A stretch of DNA of 32,000 bases from Candidatus Saccharimonadota bacterium. Its GTDB lineage: Archaea > Nanobdellota > Nanobdellia > Pacearchaeales > GW2011-AR1. This document shows positions 1 to 9,598 of this stretch, piece by piece. Position numbers and translations under genes: made by a program. The notes under the pieces are model-generated. The model was not told the DNA's origin. It was given only the letters and a program-made list of their open reading frames with translations, and did no database searches. Numbering within the stretch: the stretch's first letter is position 1; every line of letters starts with the position of its first letter. The DNA is taken from assembly GCA_026002795.1 (NCBI GenBank), contig BPGA01000001.1, forward strand, positions 420,001 through 452,000. The letters run 5' to 3'.

Positions 1-519
1 ATTTTCTCCTATAGCATTTGCGTAATAAAGAAAATAATTCCCAGTTATGTCAATAGAATAAAGTTCTGGTTTTTTGTTTATAATTCCAGCAATCATTAGC
101 GAAACACCAAAAGGTCTTGCTCCACCGAATTGAGTGAATTGTTGTTTTATATTTGCTATTTCTTTAACTACAATCTCTGGTTCTACAGGAGAATCATAAA
201 TTATCTTATTTTGTTGAGCTATTAGTTGTGCTCTTTCAATTAAAATTCTAGCATCTGAAACAATCCCAGAAGCACTTGCTATAATATGTGAATCAATCTC
301 GTAAATTTTATTTGCAGACTCTTGTATTATAAGTTTATCTTTTATTCTTTTATCTGCTAAAATAAACAAGCCGTCTGTACAAATCATTCCTATACTTGAG
401 CTTCCAAGCCTTGCTGTTTTTTCAGCATACTCAACCTGAAGTATAGTTCCTTCAGGAGAGAACATAGTTGCTGTTCTATCATAACCCATTGCTTGGTGTT
501 GTATTTCTGGTATATCCAT
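1..519 (-). CDS. psmA: Proteasome (20S) alpha subunit, 3'-truncated by the window edge (N-terminal 173 aa present)
   Basis: Absent from the ORF track because it runs off the window. Reverse-complement translation from the ATG at 519..517 gives MDIPEIQHQAMGYDRTATMFSPEGTILQVEYAEKTARLGSSSIGMICTDGLFILADKR... The YDRxxTxFSPEGxxxQVEYA N-terminal signature is typical of alpha subunits. The frame stays open to position 1. Confidence 0.88.
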   Translation of the reverse strand, partial: MDIPEIQHQAMGYDRTATMFSPEGTILQVEYAEKTARLGSSSIGMICTDGLFILADKRIKDKLIIQESANKIYEIDSHIIASASGIVSDARILIERAQLIAQQNKIIYDSPVEPEIVVKEIANIKQQFTQFGGARPFGVSLMIAGIINKKPELYSIDITGNYFLYYANAIGEN

Positions 520-669
520 TCTACAGAAAAATTATAATCTAATTATTTTTTTATCTTTACCTCACTTAAATTTAAGTTTATATTTATTTAAAAGGTTTTC
601 TGTAGGAGGTTTATGAAAAATAAAATTAGAAAGAAACAATTTTTAAATTGTTATTACTAGATTATATGA

Positions 670-1128
670 ATGGTAAAAGAGGAGCTTGTTGAGGGAATAA
701 GACTTGCTTTATCTAAGGGAGAAAGTTTAGAGAAAGCAATGATGACTTTTTTTAATGCAGGTTATCCAAGAGAAGAAATTGAAGAAGCTGCAAAATATGC
801 TCAATCTCAACAACTTTATTCCCAGTTTCAATTACAGCTTCAGGCACAAAGCCAAACACAAACAACACAACAAAAAAAATCTGAAACACAAAAAGATAAA
901 AAAACAGAAGAGCAGAAACAACCAATAAATCAATTAACCACTACAAATTTTATGCAGTCTTCTCAAGGAACACAACAAGTAATTCAAAGAGTTTCAGAGT
1001 ACGGCACTAAAAAGAAATCTGGAAAAGGCTTAACAATCTTTTTATTTTCTCTTCTTTTTTTACTTATTGCTCTTTTAGTTTTTATAATCTTATTTAGAGA
1101 AAAAGTCATTTCTTTTTTTGGAGGATAA
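670..1128 (+). CDS. Hypothetical tail-anchored membrane protein (N-terminal helical module, Gln/Thr/Lys-rich linker, C-terminal TM helix)
   Basis: 152-aa ORF with a low-complexity QLQLQAQSQTQTTQQKK linker and one C-terminal hydrophobic segment (LTIFLFSLLFLLIALLVFIILF). The N-terminal IRLALSKGESLEKAMMTFFNAGYPREEIEEAAKYA resembles the cytoplasmic tail of the 866-aa surface protein. No family recognised. Confidence 0.5.
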   Translation: MVKEELVEGIRLALSKGESLEKAMMTFFNAGYPREEIEEAAKYAQSQQLYSQFQLQLQAQSQTQTTQQKKSETQKDKKTEEQKQPINQLTTTNFMQSSQGTQQVIQRVSEYGTKKKSGKGLTIFLFSLLFLLIALLVFIILFREKVISFFGG

Positions 1129-1211
1129 TATATTTTAACTTAAAAGACTATAGAACAATCAATTTTATATATGTTATATGTTCTTGTTTTTATTGTATTA
1201 AAAATTTTAAA

Positions 1212-2375
1212 ATGGTGAAGTTTGCACATATGTCAGATATTCATTTAGGAGGCTGGAAGTATAAGCCATTACAAGATCTTAATTTAGAATCTTTTAGAAA
1301 AGCTATAGAAATTTGTATTAAAGAGAAAGTTGATTTTGTAATTATGTGTGGAGATATTTTTGATACAGCTTTTCCTCCCATAGAAACCCTAAAAGAAGCT
1401 TTTTCAGAATTTAGAAGGCTTAAAGAGGCAGGAATACCTTGTTTTATTATAGCAGGAAGTCATGATTATAGCGTTTCTGGAAAAACTTTTTTAGATGTAC
1501 TTGAAAAAGCAGGATTTTGTAAGAATGTTGCCAACTTTGAAGAAAAAAACGGAAAGATAATTTTAAATCCAACCCTTTACAAAGGAGTTGCTATTTATGG
1601 ATATCCTGGAAAAACATCTGGCTTAGAAATAGATGAGCTAAGAAGATCTGAACTTAATGACGCGCCTGGTTTTTTTAAGATACTTATGCTACATACAACA
1701 ATAGATAAAGCTAGAGGAGATCTTCCGATAGATGCTTTAGAAACATCTAAAGTTCCTAAGGCAGATTACTATGCATTAGGACATTTACATATAGATTTTC
1801 AGTACGAAAATTTTTTTTATCCGGGACCAATATTTCCTAACAATTTTCAGGAGTTAGAAGATCTAGAGTATGGAAGATTTTTGATTGTAGAAATAAAAAA
1901 TTTTGAGATTAATGTTAAAAAAGTAAATTTAAAGATAAAAGAGATTTTACCTTTTGATATAGAAATTAATAATACAATTAAAGCTACAGAAAAAATAATC
2001 TCAGAACTTAATAAAAAAGATCTAGAAGATAAAATAATTCTTTTAAGAATTCATGGAGAAATAGAACACGGAAAAACTTCTGATATAAAATTTTCTCAAA
2101 TTGAGAATTTTGTTTTTAGCAAGAAAGCTTATGCGATAATAAGAAATACACATGACTTAAAAAGTAAAGAATTTAGAACAGACATAAAAATAGAAGAATC
2201 TGAAAATATAGAAGAAGAAACAATAAAAGAATTTTCTCTAAAAAACAACCATGCTTTCAATAAATTTATTCCAGAACTTATAAAATCATTATCAACAGAA
2301 AAACAAGAAGGCGAAACTAATGAAAGTTTTAATTTAAGACTTTTAGAGGAAACCCAAAAAATTTTTAGATTTTAA
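1212..2375 (+). CDS. mre11: Mre11 DNA double-strand-break repair nuclease (calcineurin-like phosphoesterase)
   Basis: Phosphoesterase motifs occur in order: SDIHLG, GDIFD, GSHD, MLHTT, GHLH. The gene ends 2 nt before the rad50 start, the classic mre11-rad50 operon layout. Confidence 0.9.
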   Translation: MVKFAHMSDIHLGGWKYKPLQDLNLESFRKAIEICIKEKVDFVIMCGDIFDTAFPPIETLKEAFSEFRRLKEAGIPCFIIAGSHDYSVSGKTFLDVLEKAGFCKNVANFEEKNGKIILNPTLYKGVAIYGYPGKTSGLEIDELRRSELNDAPGFFKILMLHTTIDKARGDLPIDALETSKVPKADYYALGHLHIDFQYENFFYPGPIFPNNFQELEDLEYGRFLIVEIKNFEINVKKVNLKIKEILPFDIEINNTIKATEKIISELNKKDLEDKIILLRIHGEIEHGKTSDIKFSQIENFVFSKKAYAIIRNTHDLKSKEFRTDIKIEESENIEEETIKEFSLKNNHAFNKFIPELIKSLSTEKQEGETNESFNLRLLEETQKIFRF

Positions 2376-2377
2376 AA

Positions 2378-4450
2378 ATGATAATAAGAAAATTATTCTT
2401 AAAGAATATAAGAAGTTATACAGAACAAGAAATAGAGTTTCCAGAAGGATCAATTCTTCTTTCAGGAGATATAGGTTCTGGTAAAACTTCTATACTTTTA
2501 GCCTTAGAATTTGCACTTTTTGGATTACAACCCGGTCAAAAAGGAACAATTTTGTTAAGAAACGGAGAAAACGAAGCTTTAGTAAAATTAGAATTTGAAA
2601 TTGATGGAGAAAAATTTGAGGTTGTAAGAGGTTTAAAAAGAGGAAGCAAATCAATAACTCAAGAAAAAGGAACAATCAAAATAAATAACGAGAAGTTAGA
2701 GCTTTCTCCTACAGAATTAAAAAATAAAATTTTAGAAATCTTGGCTTATCCGCAAGAGTTTTCAAAAAAACAAAATATTTTGTATAAGTTTACAGTTTAT
2801 ACGCCTCAAGAAGAAATGAAACAAATAATTTTAGAAGAGCCAGAAGTCAGAATAAATACAATAAGAAACATTTTTGGAATTGACAAATATAAAAAAATAT
2901 TAGAGAATGTTTCAATAATAACCTCAAAAATAAGAGAAGAAAAAAGAATTAGAGAAACTTTGATAGAAAATCTAGAACAAGAAAAAATTGAAATAATTTC
3001 TAAAGAAGAGGAGCTTGAATCAAAATATAATAATCTTTCATCTTTAGAAAGAGAACTTTTTTTGATTACAGAAGAAAGAAAGAGAATACAAGAGGAAAAA
3101 GAAGAAATTTCTACTAAAATTGAAGAAAAAAATAAATTAACTCATGAAATTGAAAAAACTAAATTCATAATATCTAATAAAAAAGATTCTATACAATCAA
3201 ATCTAAAATTGATAGAAAATTTAGAAAATCAACTTAAAGAAATTTCAAAAATAAAATTTGATGAGAAGCAAATATTAGAGTTAGAGAAGATAATTTTATC
3301 TAAAAAGAATGAAAAAGAAGAGATTAACAATAAAATTCTGTCAATAAGTTCTGAAATAAACTCTCTTAAAATAAAAAATAAAGAAAATGAAGAAATAAAG
3401 AAAAAAATTTCTAAGATAGAAATTTGTCCAACATGTTTGCAAAATGTTGATCCCGTCTATAAAAGCAACGTAATAAATAAAATAGACTCAGATAGTGTTG
3501 AGAATTCTAAAAGAATTAGAAGTCTTGAAGAAGAAAAAGAAAAAATAAGTTTGAGAGTAAACGCACTTAATGAAGAAATAATCAAACTTGAAAGAAACCT
3601 TCAAGATTTGAGAATTTTAAAAATAAAAATACAAGAATCTAAAGAAAAAGAGATAAGAATTGAAGAATTAAGAAAAAACAATGCTTCTTTAGAAAAAGAT
3701 ATACAAATTTTAAATGATCATTTAGACCTTGTAAATAGAAGAATTTTAGAAATGAAAAAGTATGAAGTTATTTTTGAAGAAAAAAAGAAAGAGCTAGAAG
3801 AAACTTTGAAAAAAGAAAGAGCAACTGAAATAAAGATTGCTGAACTTAAAAAAGAAATTGATATGTTTTCAAGACAATTAGAAGAATTAAAAAATAAAAT
3901 TAAAAAAGGAGAAGAAATAAGAGAAAAAATAGAATATATGGAAAAAATTGAAAATTGGCTTTCAAATAATTTTTCTTCTTTAATAAATACAATAGAAAAA
4001 AACGTTATGATAAAGCTTAAATCTGAGTTCTCAAAATTTTTTTCTAACTGGTTTTCTATGCTTGTTTCAGACAATTTTGAAGTTAGAATTGATGAAGATT
4101 TTACTCCAATCATTGAGTATCAAGGATATGAACTTAGTTATGATAATCTTTCCGGAGGAGAAAGAACCGCAATTGCTTTAGCTTATAGATTAGCTTTAAA
4201 CCAAGTTATAAATTCTATGTTAAGTAAAATAAAAACAAAAGATTTAATAATTTTAGATGAGCCAACTGATGGTTTTTCTGAGCAGCAACTTGACAAAATG
4301 AGAGATGTTTTGAGAGAGTTAAATGTGAAACAGCTTATAATTGTAAGCCACGAACAAAAAATAGAAAGTTTTGTTGAGAATGTTATAAGGTTTAAAAAAG
4401 AGCACGGAATTTCAACCATTTCAAGTAAAGATTTAATAAGTCTTTCATAA
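2378..4450 (+). CDS. rad50: Rad50 SMC-like ATPase (compact, 690 aa)
   Basis: Walker A GDIGSGKTS, Q-loop YTPQEEM, long K/E-rich coiled coil, central CPTC zinc hook (ICPTCLQNV), signature LSGGERTA, Walker B LIILDEPTDGF, H-loop VSHEQK. Confidence 0.92.
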   Translation: MIIRKLFLKNIRSYTEQEIEFPEGSILLSGDIGSGKTSILLALEFALFGLQPGQKGTILLRNGENEALVKLEFEIDGEKFEVVRGLKRGSKSITQEKGTIKINNEKLELSPTELKNKILEILAYPQEFSKKQNILYKFTVYTPQEEMKQIILEEPEVRINTIRNIFGIDKYKKILENVSIITSKIREEKRIRETLIENLEQEKIEIISKEEELESKYNNLSSLERELFLITEERKRIQEEKEEISTKIEEKNKLTHEIEKTKFIISNKKDSIQSNLKLIENLENQLKEISKIKFDEKQILELEKIILSKKNEKEEINNKILSISSEINSLKIKNKENEEIKKKISKIEICPTCLQNVDPVYKSNVINKIDSDSVENSKRIRSLEEEKEKISLRVNALNEEIIKLERNLQDLRILKIKIQESKEKEIRIEELRKNNASLEKDIQILNDHLDLVNRRILEMKKYEVIFEEKKKELEETLKKERATEIKIAELKKEIDMFSRQLEELKNKIKKGEEIREKIEYMEKIENWLSNNFSSLINTIEKNVMIKLKSEFSKFFSNWFSMLVSDNFEVRIDEDFTPIIEYQGYELSYDNLSGGERTAIALAYRLALNQVINSMLSKIKTKDLIILDEPTDGFSEQQLDKMRDVLRELNVKQLIIVSHEQKIESFVENVIRFKKEHGISTISSKDLISLS

Positions 4451-4567
4451 ATAGATAAACCAAAATAAAACAACGAAAAGTTTATAAAATGGAATTTATA
4501 ATAAATTTAATAAATTAGAGATTCTATTCTAAGTTAATGGTAAAAAATTTAATTAAAAAAAATTGAA

Positions 4568-5227
4568 ATGGATTCAGAATTAAAAAAATCTATTCTTAAG
4601 ACAGGAACAACAATAGTTGGAATTGTTTGTAAAGACGGAATTGTAATGGCTGCAGATAGACAGGTTACTGCTGGAAAATTAGTTTACCTCAAGAACTTTA
4701 AAAAAATTATTCAGATTAATGATTACCTAATGATATCTTGGACAGGAGTGGTTTCAGATGCGCAACAAATAACAAAGATTATTGCAGCTGAATTAAAACT
4801 TAAAGAATTAAGGTCAAGAAAAAGACCAACTGTTAAAGAAGCAGCAAATCTTGTTTCTTCTTTAATTTACTCTTTTGTGAGAAGACCATCAATGGTTCCT
4901 TATATTGTAGGTGTTTTAGTTGGCGGTTTTAATGAAGATGGATCTACAGAGTTATATACTCTTGATCCTTCTGGATCTGTTTCAAAAGTAGAGGATTATG
5001 ATGCTAATTTTGGAAGCGGAATGCCTTTTGTTTTAGGACTTTTAGAAAGACAATACAAGCCAGGAATTTCTATAAAAGAGGGTATTGATTTAGCTGTTGA
5101 AGCAATTAAATCATCAACACAAAGAGATGTCGGTTCAGGTTATGGAATAGATGTCTTTACAATTACAAAAGAAGGAATAAAGCATGTCGTTTCCCAGGAA
5201 ATTCTTCCAGATTATAAATCTTCATAA
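4568..5227 (+). CDS. psmB: Proteasome (20S) beta subunit with a short propeptide
   Basis: MDSELKKSILKTG|TTIVGIVCKDGIVMAADRQ contains the canonical G|T processing site exposing the catalytic Thr. Ntn-hydrolase beta-subunit pattern throughout; 219 aa. Confidence 0.9.
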   Translation: MDSELKKSILKTGTTIVGIVCKDGIVMAADRQVTAGKLVYLKNFKKIIQINDYLMISWTGVVSDAQQITKIIAAELKLKELRSRKRPTVKEAANLVSSLIYSFVRRPSMVPYIVGVLVGGFNEDGSTELYTLDPSGSVSKVEDYDANFGSGMPFVLGLLERQYKPGISIKEGIDLAVEAIKSSTQRDVGSGYGIDVFTITKEGIKHVVSQEILPDYKSS

Positions 5228-5297
5228 AAATCTTAATAAAAAACAATTTAAGATTTCAAAATTTGATTTATGTTCATCCTTAAAAAATTAAGAATTT

Positions 5298-7193
5298 TTG
5301 AGTAAAATGCCAGATATTCTAAAGCATATAAAAGAAAAGTTAGAAGGAAAAATATCTGAAGCTAATTTTGAAGGAGCAAATATTGTTCTTTATACAAAAA
5401 ATAAAGATTTTCTTAAAGAAGGAGAGCCAAAAATTAAAGAACTTGTTGATGAGCTTAAAAAAAGAATAGAGCTTAGAGCAGAGAAAGAAATACTTTTAGA
5501 TGAAGAAAATACAAAAAAATACATTTATGAAACAATTCCAAAAGAGGCAGAGATAACAAACATAATTTTTGATGTGCAAAGAAGTGTTGTTATAATAGAA
5601 TCAAAAAAACCAGGACTTGTTATAGGAAAACAAGGTTCTATACTTGACAACATTAAGAAAAACACATTTTGGACGCCGCAAGTTCAGAGAAGCCCTGCTA
5701 TTAAAAGTCAAATAACTGAAAATATAAGAGAGATTCTTTATGAAAACAACAATTACAGAAGAAGATTTTTGAATAAAGTAGGAGAAAAAATCTACAAAGA
5801 ATGGAATCCTGAAAAAATAGAAGAATGGATAAGACTTACTTTTTTAGGAGGAGCTAGACAAGTTGGTAGAAGCTGCATTCTTCTTCAAACACCAATTTCA
5901 AAAATATTGATTGATTGTGGCATTGATGTGGCAGCTCAAGGAAAAGAAAGATTTCCTTATTTTGATATTCCTGAATTTGACATTAGGGAGTTAGATGCTG
6001 TTGTTATAAGTCATGCTCATCTTGATCATGTTGGACTTCTTCCTTATCTTTATAAAATGGGTTATAGAGGTCCAACTTACATGACTCATCCTACAATGGA
6101 TCTTTCTGCATTGCTTTTGCTTGACTTTATAGGTGTTGCATATAAACAAGCTGCTACACCTCTTTTCAACTCTAAAGATATAAAAGAGATGGTAAAACAC
6201 ACTATATGCTTGAATTTTAATGAAGTTACTGATATAGCTCCTGATGTAAGAATTACTTTTTATAATTCTGGTCATGCTTTAGGTAGCGCAATGGTTCATT
6301 TTAACATAGGAAACGGGTTACACAACTTTTTATATTTGGCAGACTATAAGTATACAAGAACAAGACTTTTAGATCCTGCTGTAAATGTTTTTCCTAGGGT
6401 TGAATCAATTTTAACAGAAGCAACTTATGGTGCAAAGACAGATGTTTTGCCTCCAAGAGTTCAATCAGAACAAAAACTTATTGAAATAATTAATAAAACA
6501 ATTGAAAGAGGTGGAAAAGTTTTAATTCCTGAATTAGGTCTTGGCAGAGCCCAAGAGACAATGCTAATAATTGAAGATGCTATAAAATCAGGGAAAATGA
6601 AAAAAGTTCCTGTTTATATTGATGGAATGATTTGGGATATTAATGCAATTCATACAGCATATCCTGATTATTTAAGTTCTAGAGTTAGATCTTTAATTTT
6701 TCAAGATAAAAATCCTTTTATTTCTGAAATTTTTTCAAGAGTTGGTAGCCCACAAGAGAGAAAACAAGTTATTGAAGGAGGTCCTTGCGTTGTACTTGCA
6801 ACTTCAGGAATGCTTGTTGGTGGAGCTTCAGTAGAATATTTTAGAGAGTTTGCTCCAAACGAAAAAAATTCTATAATTTTTGTTTGTTATCAGGGTGTTG
6901 GAAGTTTAGGAAGGCAGGTTCAAGATGGATTAAAAGAAACTAAAATGATTAATGATGGTAAAGAAGAAATTGTTCAAATAAATTTAGAGGTTCATACAAT
7001 AACAGGATTAAGCGCTCATGTAGGAAGAAATGAGATTGTGTCTTTTTTCAATAATATAAGACCTAAACCAAAAAGAATACTTGTAAATCATGGAGAGCTT
7101 TCAAAATGTTTAGATATTGCCTCAACACTTTACAAAATGAATAAAGTAGAAACAAATGTTCCAAGAGTTCTAGAAACAATTAGGTTGAGATAA
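5298..7193 (+). CDS. fttA: aCPSF1/FttA-type KH-domain beta-CASP metallo-beta-lactamase ribonuclease (archaeal transcription termination factor)
   Basis: N-terminal KH-like region with GxxG (VIGKQGS), metallo-beta-lactamase motif ISHAHLDHVG, a beta-CASP C-terminal half, and about 630 aa as in aCPSF1. The track start at 5298 is TTG; an ATG at 5307 (MPDILKH...) is an equally plausible start. Confidence 0.9.
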   Translation: MSKMPDILKHIKEKLEGKISEANFEGANIVLYTKNKDFLKEGEPKIKELVDELKKRIELRAEKEILLDEENTKKYIYETIPKEAEITNIIFDVQRSVVIIESKKPGLVIGKQGSILDNIKKNTFWTPQVQRSPAIKSQITENIREILYENNNYRRRFLNKVGEKIYKEWNPEKIEEWIRLTFLGGARQVGRSCILLQTPISKILIDCGIDVAAQGKERFPYFDIPEFDIRELDAVVISHAHLDHVGLLPYLYKMGYRGPTYMTHPTMDLSALLLLDFIGVAYKQAATPLFNSKDIKEMVKHTICLNFNEVTDIAPDVRITFYNSGHALGSAMVHFNIGNGLHNFLYLADYKYTRTRLLDPAVNVFPRVESILTEATYGAKTDVLPPRVQSEQKLIEIINKTIERGGKVLIPELGLGRAQETMLIIEDAIKSGKMKKVPVYIDGMIWDINAIHTAYPDYLSSRVRSLIFQDKNPFISEIFSRVGSPQERKQVIEGGPCVVLATSGMLVGGASVEYFREFAPNEKNSIIFVCYQGVGSLGRQVQDGLKETKMINDGKEEIVQINLEVHTITGLSAHVGRNEIVSFFNNIRPKPKRILVNHGELSKCLDIASTLYKMNKVETNVPRVLETIRLR

Positions 7194-7294
7194 TTCAAAA
7201 AAGCTAAATAAAAATAAAAAATTTTAAAAGCAAACTTCAATTATCTTTATGATTAATTAAAAAATAAAAAACTATAGATAAAAAAGAATAAGAA

Positions 7295-8200
7295 ATGAAG
7301 CATACACTAAAAATAACATTAATAATCCTTTTTATGTTTCTTTTAACTCAGTTTATTGGATTGTATGTAGTCAACCATTATTTAAAACCAGAGAATAAAC
7401 TTATATTTGGTTTAGAGCCTCCAGAAGCAAAAACAGAAGCTGATTATTATGGCTTTTTTTCTTTTGTTATTTTTGCTTTTTTTATTGCTATAATAATATT
7501 TTTTATTCTTATGAAAATTAAAATAGAATTTTTAATGAGGTTATGGTTTTTTGCTGTTGTTTTTATCGCTTTGTCAATATCTTTCCTAAGCTTCTTTAGC
7601 TGGTTTAAATATGCTTTTATTTTATCTCTTACACTCGCTTTTTTATTTGCTTTCTTTAAAGTTTACAAAAGACACATTTTAGCCCACAATTTTACAGAAT
7701 TTTTTATTTATCCTGGAATCGCTGCTGTTTTTGTCCCTATATTTAATTTTTATACAATTTTTATTCTTCTAATTTTAATTTCAATTTATGACGTTTGGGC
7801 AGTTTGGCATTCTGGAATAATGCAGAAAATGGCAAAATACCAAATAAATAAAGTTAGAGTTTTTTCAGGATTTTTTGTTCCTTATGTTTCTAAATCATTA
7901 AAACAAAAAATTAAAAGATGGAAAAAACAGCTAACAAAAAAACAACTTGAAAAGAAAAAAATAAAAGTTAATGTAGCTATTCTTGGCGGCGGTGATGTAG
8001 TTTTTCCCATAATAACCTCTGGTGTTATGCTTAAATTTTTTGGATGGTTTTTTGCAGTTTCTGTAATCATAGGTTCGGCTATGGGCCTTGCTTATCTTTT
8101 CTTTTTTTCAGAGAAAAGGAAATTTTATCCTGCAATGCCTTTTATAACCGGAGGAATTTCTTTAGGGGTTATTATTGCTTTTTTAATTACGCTTTTATAA
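7295..8200 (+). CDS. Presenilin / signal-peptide-peptidase-like intramembrane GxGD aspartyl protease
   Basis: Polytopic membrane protein. Motifs in the canonical order are YD in a TM helix (SIYDVWAVW), GxGD in the next TM (LGGGDVVFP) and a PAL-like motif (YPAMPF). A Lys-rich loop (KQKIKRWKKQLTKKQLEKKKIK) separates the two catalytic helices. Confidence 0.75.
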   Translation: MKHTLKITLIILFMFLLTQFIGLYVVNHYLKPENKLIFGLEPPEAKTEADYYGFFSFVIFAFFIAIIIFFILMKIKIEFLMRLWFFAVVFIALSISFLSFFSWFKYAFILSLTLAFLFAFFKVYKRHILAHNFTEFFIYPGIAAVFVPIFNFYTIFILLILISIYDVWAVWHSGIMQKMAKYQINKVRVFSGFFVPYVSKSLKQKIKRWKKQLTKKQLEKKKIKVNVAILGGGDVVFPIITSGVMLKFFGWFFAVSVIIGSAMGLAYLFFFSEKRKFYPAMPFITGGISLGVIIAFLITLL

Positions 8201-8324
8201 AACTTAAAGCTAATTATTAGCTTAAAAAAATGTTCTTACTATAAAAAAGTAACAAATAGAAACATTTATAAACTCTTTAATTTTTTAATGTTTAGCATAA
8301 ATAAAGAATACTGAAAAATAAATA

Positions 8325-9119
8325 TTGAAAAATAAAATGATCTTGAATCAAGAACTAATAAATAGGGTTAAGGATTATTTTGGCCTTAACCTTTATGAAA
8401 CGAGAATTTGGTTATCTTTACTAGCTAAAGGTATAGCATCTGCAGGAGAAATTTCATCAATTTCAGGTGTTCCTAGGCCAAGAGTATATGACGTCCTTGA
8501 GAGTTTAGAGAAAAAAGGATTTGTAATCCTTAAACTTGGAAAGCCCATAAAGTATGTGGCAGTTAAACCAAACATTGTTTTAGAAAGGTTAAAAAGTAAC
8601 ATAATGAGCGATGCAGAAGACAAAATAAAAAAAATTTCTAAAATAACAGAAACAGAGGAATTTAGAGAAATAGAAAGAATTTACAAAGGAAACATAAATT
8701 ATGGAAAAGAAGAAGATGTTTTTTCTTATTTAAAGGGAAAGGTTAATATTTTTCATTATTTAAGAGAAATGATTAAAAAATCCACAAAAAAAGTTGTTAT
8801 ATGTGATGATGCAAACACTATCTATAGAAAACTACCAGCTTTTAAGAACTTAATTAAAGAAATTTCTAATAAAAAAATAGAACTTGTTATTGTTCTTTAT
8901 GGAGAAGATAAAAAAATAAAAATAATTCAAGAAAACCTAGGCATTAAAATCAGAAAATCAAACATAAATTCAAAATTTTTTATTGTTGATGATAGTGAAA
9001 TTTTAATTTACATTAAAAAGGGAGATAAAATAGAGGAAGAAGCTATTTGGTTAAAATCAGAGGTTTTTGCCAAAATTTTTTCAATTATTGCAGAAAAAAG
9101 AATAAACTTTAAAGTTTAA
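8325..9119 (+). CDS. TrmB-family winged-helix transcriptional regulator
   Basis: The N-terminus LGLNLYETRIWLSLLAKGIASAGEISSISGVPRPRVYDVLESLEKKGFV matches the TrmB HTH pattern, followed by a C-terminal effector-type domain. The track start at 8325 is TTG; an ATG at 8337 (MILNQELI...) is plausible. Confidence 0.75.
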   Translation: MKNKMILNQELINRVKDYFGLNLYETRIWLSLLAKGIASAGEISSISGVPRPRVYDVLESLEKKGFVILKLGKPIKYVAVKPNIVLERLKSNIMSDAEDKIKKISKITETEEFREIERIYKGNINYGKEEDVFSYLKGKVNIFHYLREMIKKSTKKVVICDDANTIYRKLPAFKNLIKEISNKKIELVIVLYGEDKKIKIIQENLGIKIRKSNINSKFFIVDDSEILIYIKKGDKIEEEAIWLKSEVFAKIFSIIAEKRINFKV

Positions 9120-9131
9120 TCTTAGATTAAA

Positions 9132-9587
9132 ATGAAGAGAGCAAGATTAGTAGATATTGTAGATGGAAAAACCTATGATTTAAGAGTGCTTGTTTATAAA
9201 TATGGTCCAATTTTAAGAGTAGGAAGAGATTTTGAAAACAATGAAATTGTTCTTGCTTCTTCAATACAAACACAACAAATTCAAGAACATTCACAAAAAT
9301 CTTTAAAGAGAGAAACAAACCTATATTCAGTAATTCTTGGTGAAGAGGTTCCTTTAGAAATAAATCCTCAAGCTATTTCAAGAATTCATGCCATACTTAG
9401 CTACTTTCCTCAAAGTAGAGATGAAGGTTTTTTTTATATTGAAGATAGGTCTTTGAACGGCACAATTGTCGTTCGAGAAAAAAGAAAAGAACATTTAAAA
9501 AAAGGAGAGGTTTTTAAACTTCAAGATAAAGATGCTTTGTGGTTTAGTCCATATTATGGTCCAGTGATTTATGAAGAAAATCAATAA
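9132..9587 (+). CDS. FHA (forkhead-associated) domain protein
   Basis: FHA landmarks are present: VGRDFENNEIVL ... ISRIHAIL ... FYIEDRSLNGTIV. A roughly 40-aa insertion lies between the GR and SxxH elements. Confidence 0.7.
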   Translation: MKRARLVDIVDGKTYDLRVLVYKYGPILRVGRDFENNEIVLASSIQTQQIQEHSQKSLKRETNLYSVILGEEVPLEINPQAISRIHAILSYFPQSRDEGFFYIEDRSLNGTIVVREKRKEHLKKGEVFKLQDKDALWFSPYYGPVIYEENQ

Positions 9588-9598
9588 AATTTTGCAAA

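Noticed and set aside
564-577. 14-bp palindrome ACTTAAATTTAAGT in the psmA-divergent spacer, and a 7-mer tandem ATATGTT x2 near 1176..1191
   Set aside because: Both are AT-only, low-complexity symmetry of a kind expected frequently in AT-rich intergenic DNA. No second copy or other support was seen.
2490-4473. Track ORFs 2490..2675(-), 3718..4113(-) and 4183..4473(-), antisense to rad50
   Set aside because: They lie inside, or overlap the 3' end of, a strongly supported gene. Their products are low-complexity F/L/S/I-rich strings, the mirror of K/E-rich coiled-coil codons. No motifs.
5991-9318. Track ORFs 5991..6275(-), 7882..8070(-), 8393..8623(-) and 9127..9318(-)
   Set aside because: These are shadow ORFs antisense to aCPSF1, the presenilin-like gene, the TrmB gene and the FHA gene. 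The sense-strand genes carry clear family motifs; these have none.
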